This document shows positions 28,922 to 38,439 of a DNA stretch of 48,442 nucleotides, in pieces. The notes under the pieces were generated by a model. The model did not search any database and was not told the DNA's origin. It saw only the letters and a list, made by a program, of their open reading frames with translations. The position numbers and the translations under genes were made by a program. Source of the stretch: Candidatus Limadaptatus stercoripullorum (GTDB lineage Bacteria; Bacillota; Clostridia; Christensenellales; CAG-917); assembly GCA_018713795.1 (NCBI GenBank), contig DVOE01000085.1:1-48442 (forward strand), in the 5' to 3' direction. Numbering within the stretch: the first letter of the stretch is position 1; the number at the start of each line of letters is the position of its first letter.

Positions 28922-30388
28922 ATGGACAGAGACGGCTTCAAGTGCCGGATGACCGGCGTGTTCCATTCCTCGGGAGACCTGCTCCTTCGCGACATCGACG
29001 CGGGCGGAAGCGATTGCTGCCTGGTCTTTCTTGACGGGCTTTCGGACAAACTTTTGCTCGAACAGGATGTTATCGCGCCTCTTTCCGCGCTCAAAACCCC
29101 TCTTTCGGGCGAGAACGCCTCTTCCGAGGATATCCGCGCGAGGCTGCTCTCGGAGCTTCCTTTCTGCCAGGATATCCCCGCGCTCCCCTTTTCCGCGGCG
29201 GTGGAAAAGATAGCCGCGGGCGACGCCGCTCTCTTTGTTCCGGGGGCGGAGGAGCTCATGATATTTTCTCTCAGAAAATTCGAAAAGCGCGCCGTCGCCG
29301 AGCCTCCCACCGCCACCGTGCTCAAGGGTCCCCGCGAGGGGTTCATAGAGGAGATCAAGACCAACACCGCCCTCGTCCGCCGCAGGATAAAGTCCCCCGA
29401 TCTCGTCTTCGAAAACCTCACCGTCGGACGGTTCTCGGGCACTCCCGTATCCCTCGCCTACATCCACGGAGTCGCCGATCCCCGCACGGTGGACGAGATA
29501 AGGCGCAGGCTTTCGGAGATAGACACGGACGGGGTGATCGACAGCTCCTATCTCGCCGCCTTTCTCGAGCCCACGCCCCTTTCGCTGTTCAAGAGGGTGG
29601 GCGGCACCGAAAAGCCGGATATCGTCGCCGCAAAGCTGCTCGAAGGCAGGGTCGCCGTCATCGCGGACGGATCGCCCATCGTGCTGACGATGCCCTTTGT
29701 CTTCGCCGAAGACCTCCAGGACTCCTACGACTACTTCGCGGGCGACAAGAGAGCCGCCGCCGCACGCATATTCCGCCTCTTCGGCGCGGCGCTCACCGTC
29801 CTGCTGCCCGCCGCGTATGTCGCCCTTCAGAGCGCGCACTATCATCTGCTGCCGCTGAAATTCCTCATGACCCTCGTCGGCGCGACCTCTTCCATCCCCT
29901 TCCCGCCCGCCGTCGAGATGCTGGTGGTGCTGCTGCTCTTCGAGATCCTGAACGAGGCGTCTGTCAGGATGCCGCGCTATCTCGGCGTGTCGCTGTCCAT
30001 AGTCGGCGCGATCGTGCTCGGCGACACCGCGGTCAAGGCGGGGCTCATCTCTTCGCCCGCCGTGCTGGTCACCGCCCTCTCTTCCATAGGCGTGTTCTGC
30101 GTGCCCGATCAGGTGGGCACCCTGTCCGTGCTGCGCATTGCCTTTCTTCTCGTCAGCGCGGTCCTCGGGCTGTTCGGGATGATCGTCGCTTTCCTTTGTC
30201 TCACGGCGTATCTCTCCTGCCTCTCCTCCTTCGGCTCTCCCTATCTCGCGCCCTACGCGCCCCGCATATCCCCCGACCTCAAGGACGGAGCGTTGCCCTC
30301 GCCGGTCTCCGAGATGTACACCCGCCCCTACACCGTCTCCACAAAAAACCGCACGCGTATGCGCAAAAAGGAGGACTCCTGTGACTGA
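28922..30388 (+). CDS. Spore germination receptor subunit A (GerAA/GerKA family)
   Basis: RAVAEP...GPREGF, TEKPD...LLEGRV...DGSP, EASVRMP, IVGAIVLG and PYLAP. Confidence 0.92.
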   Translation: MDRDGFKCRMTGVFHSSGDLLLRDIDAGGSDCCLVFLDGLSDKLLLEQDVIAPLSALKTPLSGENASSEDIRARLLSELPFCQDIPALPFSAAVEKIAAGDAALFVPGAEELMIFSLRKFEKRAVAEPPTATVLKGPREGFIEEIKTNTALVRRRIKSPDLVFENLTVGRFSGTPVSLAYIHGVADPRTVDEIRRRLSEIDTDGVIDSSYLAAFLEPTPLSLFKRVGGTEKPDIVAAKLLEGRVAVIADGSPIVLTMPFVFAEDLQDSYDYFAGDKRAAAARIFRLFGAALTVLLPAAYVALQSAHYHLLPLKFLMTLVGATSSIPFPPAVEMLVVLLLFEILNEASVRMPRYLGVSLSIVGAIVLGDTAVKAGLISSPAVLVTALSSIGVFCVPDQVGTLSVLRIAFLLVSAVLGLFGMIVAFLCLTAYLSCLSSFGSPYLAPYAPRISPDLKDGALPSPVSEMYTRPYTVSTKNRTRMRKKEDSCD

Positions 30389-31541
30389 CTCCGCCGCCCG
30401 CGCGCCGCTCTCTCCCGAAGATCCCGCCCTCGTCTACAATTCGCAGGCGGGGAGCATGGTCTTCGCCTGCGGCATCGTCTTCAAAGTCTCCTCTCTCCCG
30501 GGGCTGGTCGCGGAGACCCTCGGCACTTCGGTGCTGTGGCTTTATCTGTTTATGTTGGCGGTCGACATCGCCTTGCTCGCCGCCGTGTTCTTTTTCGCAA
30601 GAAGCGGCGCGGACCTCCTCCCTTCCGTCCGCAGAGCCGCCGCCTACCGCGCCGTCTGCGCGGTCATGTCGGCATACCTGTGCCTGAAAGGGCTGCTCTA
30701 CTTCGTCTACATCGTCATCTTCCTGACCATGGACCTCTTCATGGGCATAGACATCTACATCGTCGTGCTCGTGCTCGCCCCGCCCGTCATCTATATCGCC
30801 GCCAAAGGCTGGCGCGCGCTCGCCCGTATCTCCGAACTGCTCGCGCCCATTCTCCTGCTTCTCATCGTCACAGACCTCGTTTTCTTGCAGACGGACGCCG
30901 ATTTCGGCAGACACCTGCCCGCGGACCTGCTCTCCCCCCGCGAATTCTTCGGCGAAGGACTGCGCTACTCCCTCTGGCTCGGCGATCTCTTCCCCCTGCT
31001 CTTCGTGCGCATAAAAAACAAACGCCTGCCGCATATCCTCATCGGCTCGGGGCTCGCCTACGCGGTGGTGGTCACCGTCGCCCTGCTCGCCGTCGCCATG
31101 TACGGCGCCGCGCTCCCGTATGTGTACAATATGCTGATCAGGATCTCCGGCTTCAACCTGCTCTCCCTCGAGATAGGCAGGATGGAATGGACGGCGCTCT
31201 TCGTGGTGGTGACCATGGCGGTGCTGGGGCTCGCGCTGCTCCTCCGAGGGGCGGGCGAAGCTTCAAGACGGGCGGCGGGCACCTCCGCTCCCGCCTTCGT
31301 CCTGTTCGCGGCGGGAGCAGTCGCCTGTATGTTCGTCCCCACCCTGCACACCGTCGCAGACTTTTGCTATTCCCCCGCGTTCGGCTACGCGATGTTCGCC
31401 CTCGCTCTCGCCCTCGCCGCCGCGTTCGCCGCCTTCGGCGCGTACGCCAAAAGCAGACGCGCCCGTCCCGCCGCTCCCGAGCCCTCCCGCGAGACCGCTC
31501 CCGCCGGCGGGGAGACCGCCCCCGAGGAGGTGCGCCCGTGA
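30381..31541 (+). CDS. Spore germination receptor subunit B (GerAB-like multi-pass membrane protein)
   Basis: About 10 TM segments, LARISEL motif, position between the A and C subunits. Confidence 0.8.
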   Translation: MTDSAARAPLSPEDPALVYNSQAGSMVFACGIVFKVSSLPGLVAETLGTSVLWLYLFMLAVDIALLAAVFFFARSGADLLPSVRRAAAYRAVCAVMSAYLCLKGLLYFVYIVIFLTMDLFMGIDIYIVVLVLAPPVIYIAAKGWRALARISELLAPILLLLIVTDLVFLQTDADFGRHLPADLLSPREFFGEGLRYSLWLGDLFPLLFVRIKNKRLPHILIGSGLAYAVVVTVALLAVAMYGAALPYVYNMLIRISGFNLLSLEIGRMEWTALFVVVTMAVLGLALLLRGAGEASRRAAGTSAPAFVLFAAGAVACMFVPTLHTVADFCYSPAFGYAMFALALALAAAFAAFGAYAKSRRARPAAPEPSRETAPAGGETAPEEVRP

Positions 31542-32692
31542 ACCCTTCCCGCGCAAAACGCACGCTCACGAAATTGCTGTCCGTGAAATGGGCGGTGCTG
31601 CTCGTCGCCGCCGCCGTGTTGCTCTTTTTCGGACGGGTGACGGACGCCCGCTCGCTCTCCCGCACCGCCATCGTGACGGGGCTGGGCATCGCCGCGGGAG
31701 AAGACGGCTTCGCGGTGTCCGCCGAGCTTGCCGTCATGACTTCCGAGGCGGGAGGCAGCCCCTCGGCGAACTATGCCGTCCTCACCGAAAAGGGAGCTAC
31801 CGTATCCGAAGCGGTGGAACGCATTTCGCAAAAAGCGGGGCTCATCGTGTCGCTTTCGCATTGTAATGTGCTCGTTCTGACAAAAGAAGCGTTGCTTGCC
31901 GAGGGCGAACGGCTGTTTGCGCCGCTGGTGCAGACCTACTCTCTCCCCGAGCAGGCGATCCTGACCGCAACGACGGGGGACCCCGCGGACATCCTCTCCG
32001 CGCGGCTCGCGACGGCGTCCGCTCCGTCCTTTTACATCCAACAGCTGTTGTCCGAAGGGCTGAGCACGGAAGGGATGCCGCTCGTCTCGGTCAAGGACTT
32101 TGCGGCGCGGCTGCTCTCTCCTTCCGCCTGCGTGTGCCTGCCCGTCGTCGAGGTAAGAGAGGCGGAGCATCAGCCTCAGCTTCCCGAGGGTGAGGGCGAA
32201 GGCTACTCCGAGATAGTCGCGGAGAGCGGGCTCGTGCTCACTCCTTCCGCGGGCTTTCTTGTGGACGGCGAGACGGTGAAAGTGCGCTCCCTCGTGACCG
32301 AGAAGGAGACGAGCGGGCGGTTTTGCGTGACGGGCGAGGACGGGAGCAGGACGGAGTTCTTGCTGCTCGGCGCGTCCTCGTCGGCGAAAGCGGAGGGTCT
32401 CCGGGTCTCGGTCTTCGCGGAGCTCAAAGTCTCCTTTGTCGAGAGCACGGGCGAGGACGGAGCGAGACTGTCCCCCGCTTCCGACGAGATAAAGCGGGCG
32501 GCGGACCTGCTCGCGGATGAGCTCGAAAGCGCGATCCGCGGGCTGTTCGCGCTCTCCGTCCGCCAAAACGCGGATATGCTCGGACTGACCGACGCCGTGT
32601 TCAAAAAGCTCGGCAGGGACACGCCCGAGGACTGCCTCGGGAGAATCGCGTTCGACTGCTCGGTCGAGGTGACCGTCAAAGAGAACAGCTGA
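31538..32692 (+). CDS. Spore germination receptor subunit C (Ger(x)C family)
   Basis: LSRTAIVTGLGI, GATVSEAV, SLSHCNVLVL and DMLGL; GTG 31538 after GGAGG. Confidence 0.8.
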   Translation: MNPSRAKRTLTKLLSVKWAVLLVAAAVLLFFGRVTDARSLSRTAIVTGLGIAAGEDGFAVSAELAVMTSEAGGSPSANYAVLTEKGATVSEAVERISQKAGLIVSLSHCNVLVLTKEALLAEGERLFAPLVQTYSLPEQAILTATTGDPADILSARLATASAPSFYIQQLLSEGLSTEGMPLVSVKDFAARLLSPSACVCLPVVEVREAEHQPQLPEGEGEGYSEIVAESGLVLTPSAGFLVDGETVKVRSLVTEKETSGRFCVTGEDGSRTEFLLLGASSSAKAEGLRVSVFAELKVSFVESTGEDGARLSPASDEIKRAADLLADELESAIRGLFALSVRQNADMLGLTDAVFKKLGRDTPEDCLGRIAFDCSVEVTVKENS

Positions 32693-32758
32693 GCGGCATT
32701 TTCCGCGGGGAAGCGGTTCCGCGGCGGGCGGGTGCGGAATATAATGGAGCGGAGGCGG

Positions 32759-33043
32759 ATGATGGAGCTGCTCTTTCCCTCGGACGAAGCCGTCCGGCAG
32801 ATGAACGACGAATACGGACGCCTGCTCGGCGGCGGAACGGGAGCATCCGTGCTCTCGCGGGAGGCGTCATCTCCCCCGTCCGGCGGCTGCCCCGTCCTTT
32901 TAGTCCTTTACTTCGGCTTTATTTTGGGCTATAATTGCGGCTGTGGAAACAAGGCTCATGACGACGACGGAAATATGGGAAGGTTTCAATCCCGTCAAGG
33001 ACGGGACGGAGACTTCCATAATTTCCGCTTCCGAAAAGGGTAA
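32759..33043 (+). CDS. Possible small hypothetical protein (dubious; overlaps the next gene)
   Basis: TATAAT at 32740 and SD GGAGG before ATG 32759, but the 3' part overlaps the next promoter and CDS. Confidence 0.25.
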   Translation: MMELLFPSDEAVRQMNDEYGRLLGGGTGASVLSREASSPPSGGCPVLLVLYFGFILGYNCGCGNKAHDDDGNMGRFQSRQGRDGDFHNFRFRKG

Positions 33044-34604
33044 TCTCTCCACTTCGGACATTTTCTTCACTTCCGAAAAGACGGAGGGCGGCAGGGTGCG
33101 CGTGTTCGCGCGCGTGACCTTTGACAACCGCTGGCGCGACCCTCGTCCCGCCATACTCTTGCTCCCCTCCCGCGACCCGTCGAGGACTTTCGACGATGTC
33201 ACCCGCTCGCTGGTGTCGGAGGGGTATGTGGTCTGCCTTTGCGACTACGCGGGCAACTTCGACGGCGGCGACCGCGACAAACGAACCTCTTATCCCGACT
33301 GCTACTCCTACGCGCAGGCGCCCGCCTGTTTCCGCGATCTGCTCGCCATCGGCGCGACCGCCCGTGAGACGGCGTGGTTCCAATGGGTGAAAGTGGCAAG
33401 GAGAGCGGTGACCACCCTCGCCGAACTCAAATATGTCGACGCCGACCGCATAGCCGTCATGGGCATGGACTGCGGCGCGCAGATCGCCTGGCAGCTCGCG
33501 GGCATAGACGGCAGGATACGCGCGCTCATCCCCATAAACGGCGGCGGTTATCTCTGGCGCAGTCCGAGCTCCCCCGCCCCCGCCGACGACGCCACCCGCG
33601 CTTTTTCCGCGGGAGTCGGCGCGGAGACCTACGCGAAATTCGTCTCCTGCCCCACCTGTTATATCGTCTCGTCCAACACCCGCGACGCGGACATAGACGC
33701 GGCGGGCGAGATACTCTCGCTCGTGCCGTCGGGGTGCAAGGCGTTCATGGTCGCGCAGGGCTCGTCCGGGCAGGTCAGCCTGTCCGTCTACGACAGCCTC
33801 ATCAAGTGGCTGAAGACCTATTTCGCGCACGACGCCGAGCCTCTCCCCATGCCGCAGGTGCGGTTCAATGCCGACGAGCATATCCTCTATCTCAGGCTTT
33901 CCGCGCCGGGCGCGCCCGAAAAGGTGTCCGTTTTCTTCTCCGCGGAAGGCGATCTGCCCTTCGTCCGCAACTGGAGAGAGCTCCCCGAAGGTCAGCTCGG
34001 CGACACCGGCGAGCGCATATATCACATCCCCGTCTCCGACCCCGAGGACACCGTCGCCGCGTACGCGCGCGTCACTTTCCCGGGCGGGATAAGCGTCTGC
34101 TCCCCCGTCGCGACCGTCAAGCCGTCGGGGCTCGGCGTGCAGGCGGACATCAAAGCCGCCGCCGCTTCCAGGATCGTCTACAACGGCAGCATGGGCAAGG
34201 GGCAGTTCCGCGTGACCACCAACGGATTTTTCCTGGACGACACCCTGCTCGAAGCCAAAAAGGGTCCCTTCGGCATAACCGGCGTGGGCACCAAAAAAGG
34301 AGTGCTGTCGCTGTCGCTGGACACCAACGAATCCTTCTCCGCCGACCGCTCCGCCATGTTGCAGATGGACATCTGCTCCGCCGAACCTCGGCTCATCCGC
34401 TTCGGGTTCGCCTCGCCGTCCTCGCCCGTGGACTACGGCTGCGTGATCAAACTCGGCGGCGGCGATTTCTGGCAGAAGATAAAGCTCTCCGCCTCCGACA
34501 TGAAAAACCCCGAAGGCAAGACCCTCCCCTCTTTCGGCGGCTGCCGACTGCTCACCATAGCGGGAGCCGAAGGCGTGCTGTTCAACAATCTGGTGTGGAT
34601 CTGA
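32943..34604 (+). CDS. Alpha/beta-hydrolase-fold protein (acetylxylan esterase/dienelactone hydrolase-like) with C-terminal beta-rich domain
   Basis: RPAILLL, GYVV...DYAG and VDADRIAVMGMDCGAQIAW elbow; promoter TTTACT-N17-TATAAT at 32907-32935. Confidence 0.75.
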   Translation: METRLMTTTEIWEGFNPVKDGTETSIISASEKGNLSTSDIFFTSEKTEGGRVRVFARVTFDNRWRDPRPAILLLPSRDPSRTFDDVTRSLVSEGYVVCLCDYAGNFDGGDRDKRTSYPDCYSYAQAPACFRDLLAIGATARETAWFQWVKVARRAVTTLAELKYVDADRIAVMGMDCGAQIAWQLAGIDGRIRALIPINGGGYLWRSPSSPAPADDATRAFSAGVGAETYAKFVSCPTCYIVSSNTRDADIDAAGEILSLVPSGCKAFMVAQGSSGQVSLSVYDSLIKWLKTYFAHDAEPLPMPQVRFNADEHILYLRLSAPGAPEKVSVFFSAEGDLPFVRNWRELPEGQLGDTGERIYHIPVSDPEDTVAAYARVTFPGGISVCSPVATVKPSGLGVQADIKAAAASRIVYNGSMGKGQFRVTTNGFFLDDTLLEAKKGPFGITGVGTKKGVLSLSLDTNESFSADRSAMLQMDICSAEPRLIRFGFASPSSPVDYGCVIKLGGGDFWQKIKLSASDMKNPEGKTLPSFGGCRLLTIAGAEGVLFNNLVWI

Positions 34605-34627
34605 CGCCCGCGGCATATAGTGACGGT

Positions 34628-35230
34628 ATGCAAGACTTCCCCGAAACTCAACTGCCCGACACCGACCGCGAAGAGCTCTCTCCCGCGAATAAGCGAAGAG
34701 GGATCATACGGTTTGTCGCCATATTGCTGATCACCGCCGCGGTGGCGGCAGGGCTCGCGCTGCTCGTCAATTATCTCGTCTTCGAGCCCTTCTATGTCAA
34801 CGGTCCGTCCATGCAGCCCACCCTCGACGGCGGGCGCTCGGATGTGGACGAGGACGGCGATATCGTCTACCTCAACACGGTGAAAAAGCCCTCGCGCGGC
34901 GATATCGTGGTCTTCTCGTACGAAAACAGACACCTCGTCAAACGCGTCATCGGCGTCCCCGGTGACACCGTGCTGATAAAGGACGGCGAGCTTTATCTCA
35001 ACGGCGAACTCATGAGCGAGGACTATATCCTCGAAGACATGGCGGACGCTCCCTACTCTGATCAGACCTTCCTCTCGCTCACCGTGCCCGACGGCGCGTA
35101 CTATGTGCTCGGCGACAACCGCAACAACAGCTCGGACAGCAGGGTGTTCGGCTGCGTGAGCGAGGATGACATAACGGGCGTGTGCTGGCTGGTCAGACGC
35201 GCCTCGGACGGCAAACTCCACCTCCTCTGA
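34628..35230 (+). CDS. lepB: Signal peptidase I
   Basis: TM, then GPSMQPTL, RGDIVVF, LVKRVIGVPGD and GDNRNNSSDSR. Confidence 0.93.
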   Translation: MQDFPETQLPDTDREELSPANKRRGIIRFVAILLITAAVAAGLALLVNYLVFEPFYVNGPSMQPTLDGGRSDVDEDGDIVYLNTVKKPSRGDIVVFSYENRHLVKRVIGVPGDTVLIKDGELYLNGELMSEDYILEDMADAPYSDQTFLSLTVPDGAYYVLGDNRNNSSDSRVFGCVSEDDITGVCWLVRRASDGKLHLL

Positions 35231-35264
35231 TTTTTTATTTTTACCAATCGTGTTTCGTCACCAC

Positions 35265-35878
35265 TTTTTCGAAGACGGAATCACGCGCTTGAACCTGCAC
35301 AAAAATTATTCGAAGTGTTCATAGACACGACGAAGACTCTTTCGGAGCGTTCTAATCCCCGCACCAAATTTTTTCGAAGACGGAATTACGCGCCTGAGCT
35401 CGCACAAAACTTGTGCGGGGCGTTCTTAGACACGACGGGCGCTTTTTGGGGTGTCCCTATACCCGCACTAAATTTTTTCGAAGACGGAATTACGCGCCGC
35501 TCAGCCAAACTTTCACAGGCGGCAAAGCCGCCGCTTGAAAGTCGCGGCGCGCTCTTTGAGCGTCGAGCGCTAACGAAAATCTAAGTAGACACGGGCGTCG
35601 TGCGCGAGACCGAATTCCTCGCCCCGCGCGGGGATCTCAGCAAGTAGTGCCCGCCGCTCGAATTCAGTGAGTGCGCCACGATAAGCGTGGGTATCTCACT
35701 CGCGTTTGTCGTGCATGATACGAGGACTGTCCCCTATTCCGCGTGGGGGAGGAATACCCGAAGGGAAGGAGGGGGTCTGTATTACCATGCTCGGGGCAGT
35801 CTGCCCGATCGAGAGTGCTTGGGTTCGCACGGAAATTATTCGGGGCGTTCCTGTTTAGCCGCCAATTAGGGACGGGGC
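35265..35878. repeat. Family A modular repeat, copy 3 (inverted): short ~105-bp units, full module L and half of a REP-like hairpin
   Basis: Reverse complement of 7680-8138 and 1-223; TTTTCGAAGACGGAAT(C/T)ACGCGC at 35266, 35371 and 35475. Confidence 0.9.
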
Positions 35879-35921
35879 GACCAAGTGTGCTTCGATCGCT
35901 CGCTTTCCTTCTTCAAAACAA

Positions 35922-35948
35922 AAAACCGCCGGTTTTTCCGGCGGTTTT
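35922..35948. terminator. Intrinsic terminator
   Basis: AAAACCGCCGG-ttttt-CCGGCGGTTTT. Confidence 0.8.
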
Positions 35949-35969
35949 GCGTTATTGCGTCAAATTGTT

Positions 35970-37307
35970 TTACTTCTTGACTTTGCGGCACACCCTCGTC
36001 AGTCTTCTCTCCCAGCCGCGGACGGTGGGTTCGTGGAAGTTCCTCGGGATGTTTTTGCCTTTTCTGAAGGCGAGCAGGCAGCGCTGCAACATATTATTGA
36101 CCGAAAGCAGCGTCCCCAACCTGCGGGTGCCCGCTTTCCTGACTTTCCTGAGCGCTTCGCCGGCGCTTATCCTGAGCAGTCTGCCCTTGGCGAGACGGCA
36201 GATCTCGTCGTTGGTGAGCAGATCCGAGCCGAGCATCCAGTCGAGGTCCTCGTCCGCCATCGCCAGCACCCCGCGCTTCATGACATCCACGCCGCAATGC
36301 TCGGCGCCGAACTCGCGGAACACCTTGACCTGATATTTCCACAACGCCGCCGTGCCGAACATATCCTCGGACGCCTTTCTGCCGCGGCTTATGCATTCGC
36401 CTATGGTCTCGGCGAGCAGCATCCCCGCGGTCATGGAAGACGCGATCCCGCTGCCCAGCATGGGGATGGTCATGAACGCGCTGTCGCCGACCGCCGCGTA
36501 CCCCGGAGCCACCATTCGCGGCGCGGGGAACCTGACGGGGATACGGCAGACTATGCCGCCCCTCACGACTTCGTCCGTAACGGTGGGGTTTTCGGCGCGG
36601 AGCGCCTCGAAGGCGGAGAGCCGCTCGCTCTCGCTCATGGCGCCCACCCGCCCTATCAGCACATCCACGAGCTCGGGGTCGTGATCCTGGATGACCCAGG
36701 AGATGCCCGCCTCGCCGCGGTGCTTGAGATAGACCTTGTTGGAGTACTCCGCGGGCGGAGCGTCCTTGTTCTTCCTGACGAACGCGCGCCACACGACGAA
36801 CGCCTCGTCCTTGTCGGGCACGGGCAGCCCGAACCGTCCCGCGAGCGCGTCGCGGAGCACGGAATCCACGCCGAGGCTGTCCACAACGAGATCCGCTCGC
36901 TTCTCTTCGCCGTTGACGAGCACGCCGACCACCTTCCCGTCGTCGACGAGCGGCGCCTGCACGGTCGCCCCGAACACGATGTCCGCCTCCTCTTCGGCGC
37001 GGGCGACGAGCATACGGTTGAGCGTCCTGCGGTCGACGGAGATATCCGCCGCGGACTCATCCTCTTTCATGCCGTGCACCGCCCCGCCGGGGGACACGAA
37101 TGTCCAATTCTTCTTGGGGAAACTGCCCTCGGGGATATCCGTCCCCAGCCGCTTGAACACGGAGGGCGACACATCGTCGTGCCAGTCGTAACGCATCTGA
37201 TCGAGGGACTTTGCCTTCTCGTAAACGGTAACTTCGAATCCGAGCTTTCCGAGCCTCTCGGCGGCAACGAGACCGCCCGTGCCGGCGCCCGCAACAATGA
37301 CCTTCAT
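35970..37307 (-). CDS. FAD-dependent oxidoreductase (geranylgeranyl reductase-like)
   Basis: KVIVAGAGTGGL Rossmann motif, ADLVVDSLG and AVGDSAFMTIPMLGSGI. Confidence 0.82.
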   Translation of the reverse strand: MKVIVAGAGTGGLVAAERLGKLGFEVTVYEKAKSLDQMRYDWHDDVSPSVFKRLGTDIPEGSFPKKNWTFVSPGGAVHGMKEDESAADISVDRRTLNRMLVARAEEEADIVFGATVQAPLVDDGKVVGVLVNGEEKRADLVVDSLGVDSVLRDALAGRFGLPVPDKDEAFVVWRAFVRKNKDAPPAEYSNKVYLKHRGEAGISWVIQDHDPELVDVLIGRVGAMSESERLSAFEALRAENPTVTDEVVRGGIVCRIPVRFPAPRMVAPGYAAVGDSAFMTIPMLGSGIASSMTAGMLLAETIGECISRGRKASEDMFGTAALWKYQVKVFREFGAEHCGVDVMKRGVLAMADEDLDWMLGSDLLTNDEICRLAKGRLLRISAGEALRKVRKAGTRRLGTLLSVNNMLQRCLLAFRKGKNIPRNFHEPTVRGWERRLTRVCRKVKK

Positions 37308-37472
37308 TCCTTTTTCTCTCCCTCGGGCGTCATGCGCCCGCATTCGAATATTTTATACCATTTGGCGCGCTAGCGCAACTTTTTCCGCACTCTGCGCAAG
37401 ACCGCCGCCCTCAAGGGCAGAATGCCCGCGCCGTTTCGCCCGTTTAGATGACGGAAATCGCGCTTTTTCGCG

Positions 37473-37502
37473 GTATGTGCGGATGATCCCCGGGCAATAC
37501 TC
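37473..37502 (+). promoter_or_regulatory. Sigma-F-like promoter of yyaC
   Basis: GTATG-N15-GGCAATACT resembles the sigma-F consensus GYATA-N15-GGnAAnAHT. Confidence 0.55.
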
Positions 37503-37507
37503 CCCTC

Positions 37508-37978
37508 ATGGAATTTTCTCAGCCCGTCGTCGTGGTTTGTTTCGGTTCGCCCTCCATAGCGGGAGACTCGCTGGGTCCCGAGGTGGGCACTCTGCTCAGG
37601 AAAGACCCCTCTTTCCCCGCCTTCGTTTACGGGACCCTCGACCGTCCCGTCACCGGCAGGAACATGGAAGAGTGGATAACTTTCGTCAAAGAGGCGCACA
37701 AAGGCGCGGTGTTTCTCGCGGTGGACGCCTGTCTCGGGGACGCGCGCTCGCTCGGCAAGATCTCCGTGCGCGGGGACGGGGTGTGCCCCGCCGCCGCCTG
37801 CGGAAAACGCAAGCGTTTCGGGGATGTGGGGGTGATCGGCGTGGTCGGAGACAAGTCCGGCGACCCCCTCGAAGAACTCATGGGCGCAGACCTTACGCTC
37901 GTGTCCGCGCTCGCCCGCACCATAACCTCTCTCATCCGTTCCGCGCTCTCTCCCGCGCCCTATGCCGGACAGGAATAA
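37508..37978 (+). CDS. yyaC: Spore protease YyaC (DUF1256)
   Basis: CFGS...GDSLGPEVG, YGTLDRPV, AVDACLG and GDVGVIGVV. Confidence 0.88.
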   Translation: MEFSQPVVVVCFGSPSIAGDSLGPEVGTLLRKDPSFPAFVYGTLDRPVTGRNMEEWITFVKEAHKGAVFLAVDACLGDARSLGKISVRGDGVCPAAACGKRKRFGDVGVIGVVGDKSGDPLEELMGADLTLVSALARTITSLIRSALSPAPYAGQE

Positions 37979-38243
37979 TACGAACCGGCCTCGAAGCAAT
38001 TCTTTTCGGCGCTTTTGCGCAGCCGAAACTTGACAATATGTAAACTATTGCCTGCGTTCCGCCGGAGCAAAATCATCCGAAAATCTCTTGCTCTGAGGTG
38101 CGAGCAGTTCCGCGCCAACCGATTTTTGGCCGAGCAAGGAAGTCGGCGAAGCTAATACCCAACCGTATTAGCAAGGCGAATGACGCGGTTCAGGCGGAAA
38201 TCGGCGGCGCTGAACCTAGTTCGTATTATTCCTGTCTGGCATA
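37961..38243. mobile_element. Family B MITE-like element, complete copy (~283 bp, ~25-bp terminal inverted repeats, two internal hairpin modules)
   Basis: TATGCCGGACAGGAATAATACGAAC ... GTTCGTATTATTCCTGTCTGGCATA; further copies at 48245 and, inverted and partial, 45458-45599. Confidence 0.8.
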
Positions 38244-38394
38244 GGGCGGAAAAGCGCAAAAAATCCCCGCGCCGCAGCGGAAAGACAAACAAAAAATCAA
38301 GCCGTATTTTGCCGAAACAAAACGATCATATCGCAAAAACGCGCGATAAAAGGCGGATATGCGCAGAACCAAGCAAAACGCCTTGTCATGGGGG

Positions 38395-38423
38395 TTGTCA
38401 ACCGCGGCGCGGAGTGGTATCAT
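38395..38423 (+). promoter_or_regulatory. Sigma-A-type promoter of mtnN
   Basis: TTGTCA-N17-TATCAT with extended TG. Confidence 0.6.
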
Positions 38424-38439
38424 CCGGTCGGAGGCAGTC

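Noticed and set aside
28010-29845. 611-aa minus ORF and the 693-aa, 718-aa and 618-aa plus ORFs as single proteins
   Set aside because: Only their 3' parts are real (GtrA-like from 28831, GerA from 28922, GerC from 31538, LepB from 34628). The 5' extensions overlap other genes.
35265-35500. CRISPR array
   Set aside because: The period is ~105 bp, the intervening sequences are homologous to each other, and no cas genes are present.
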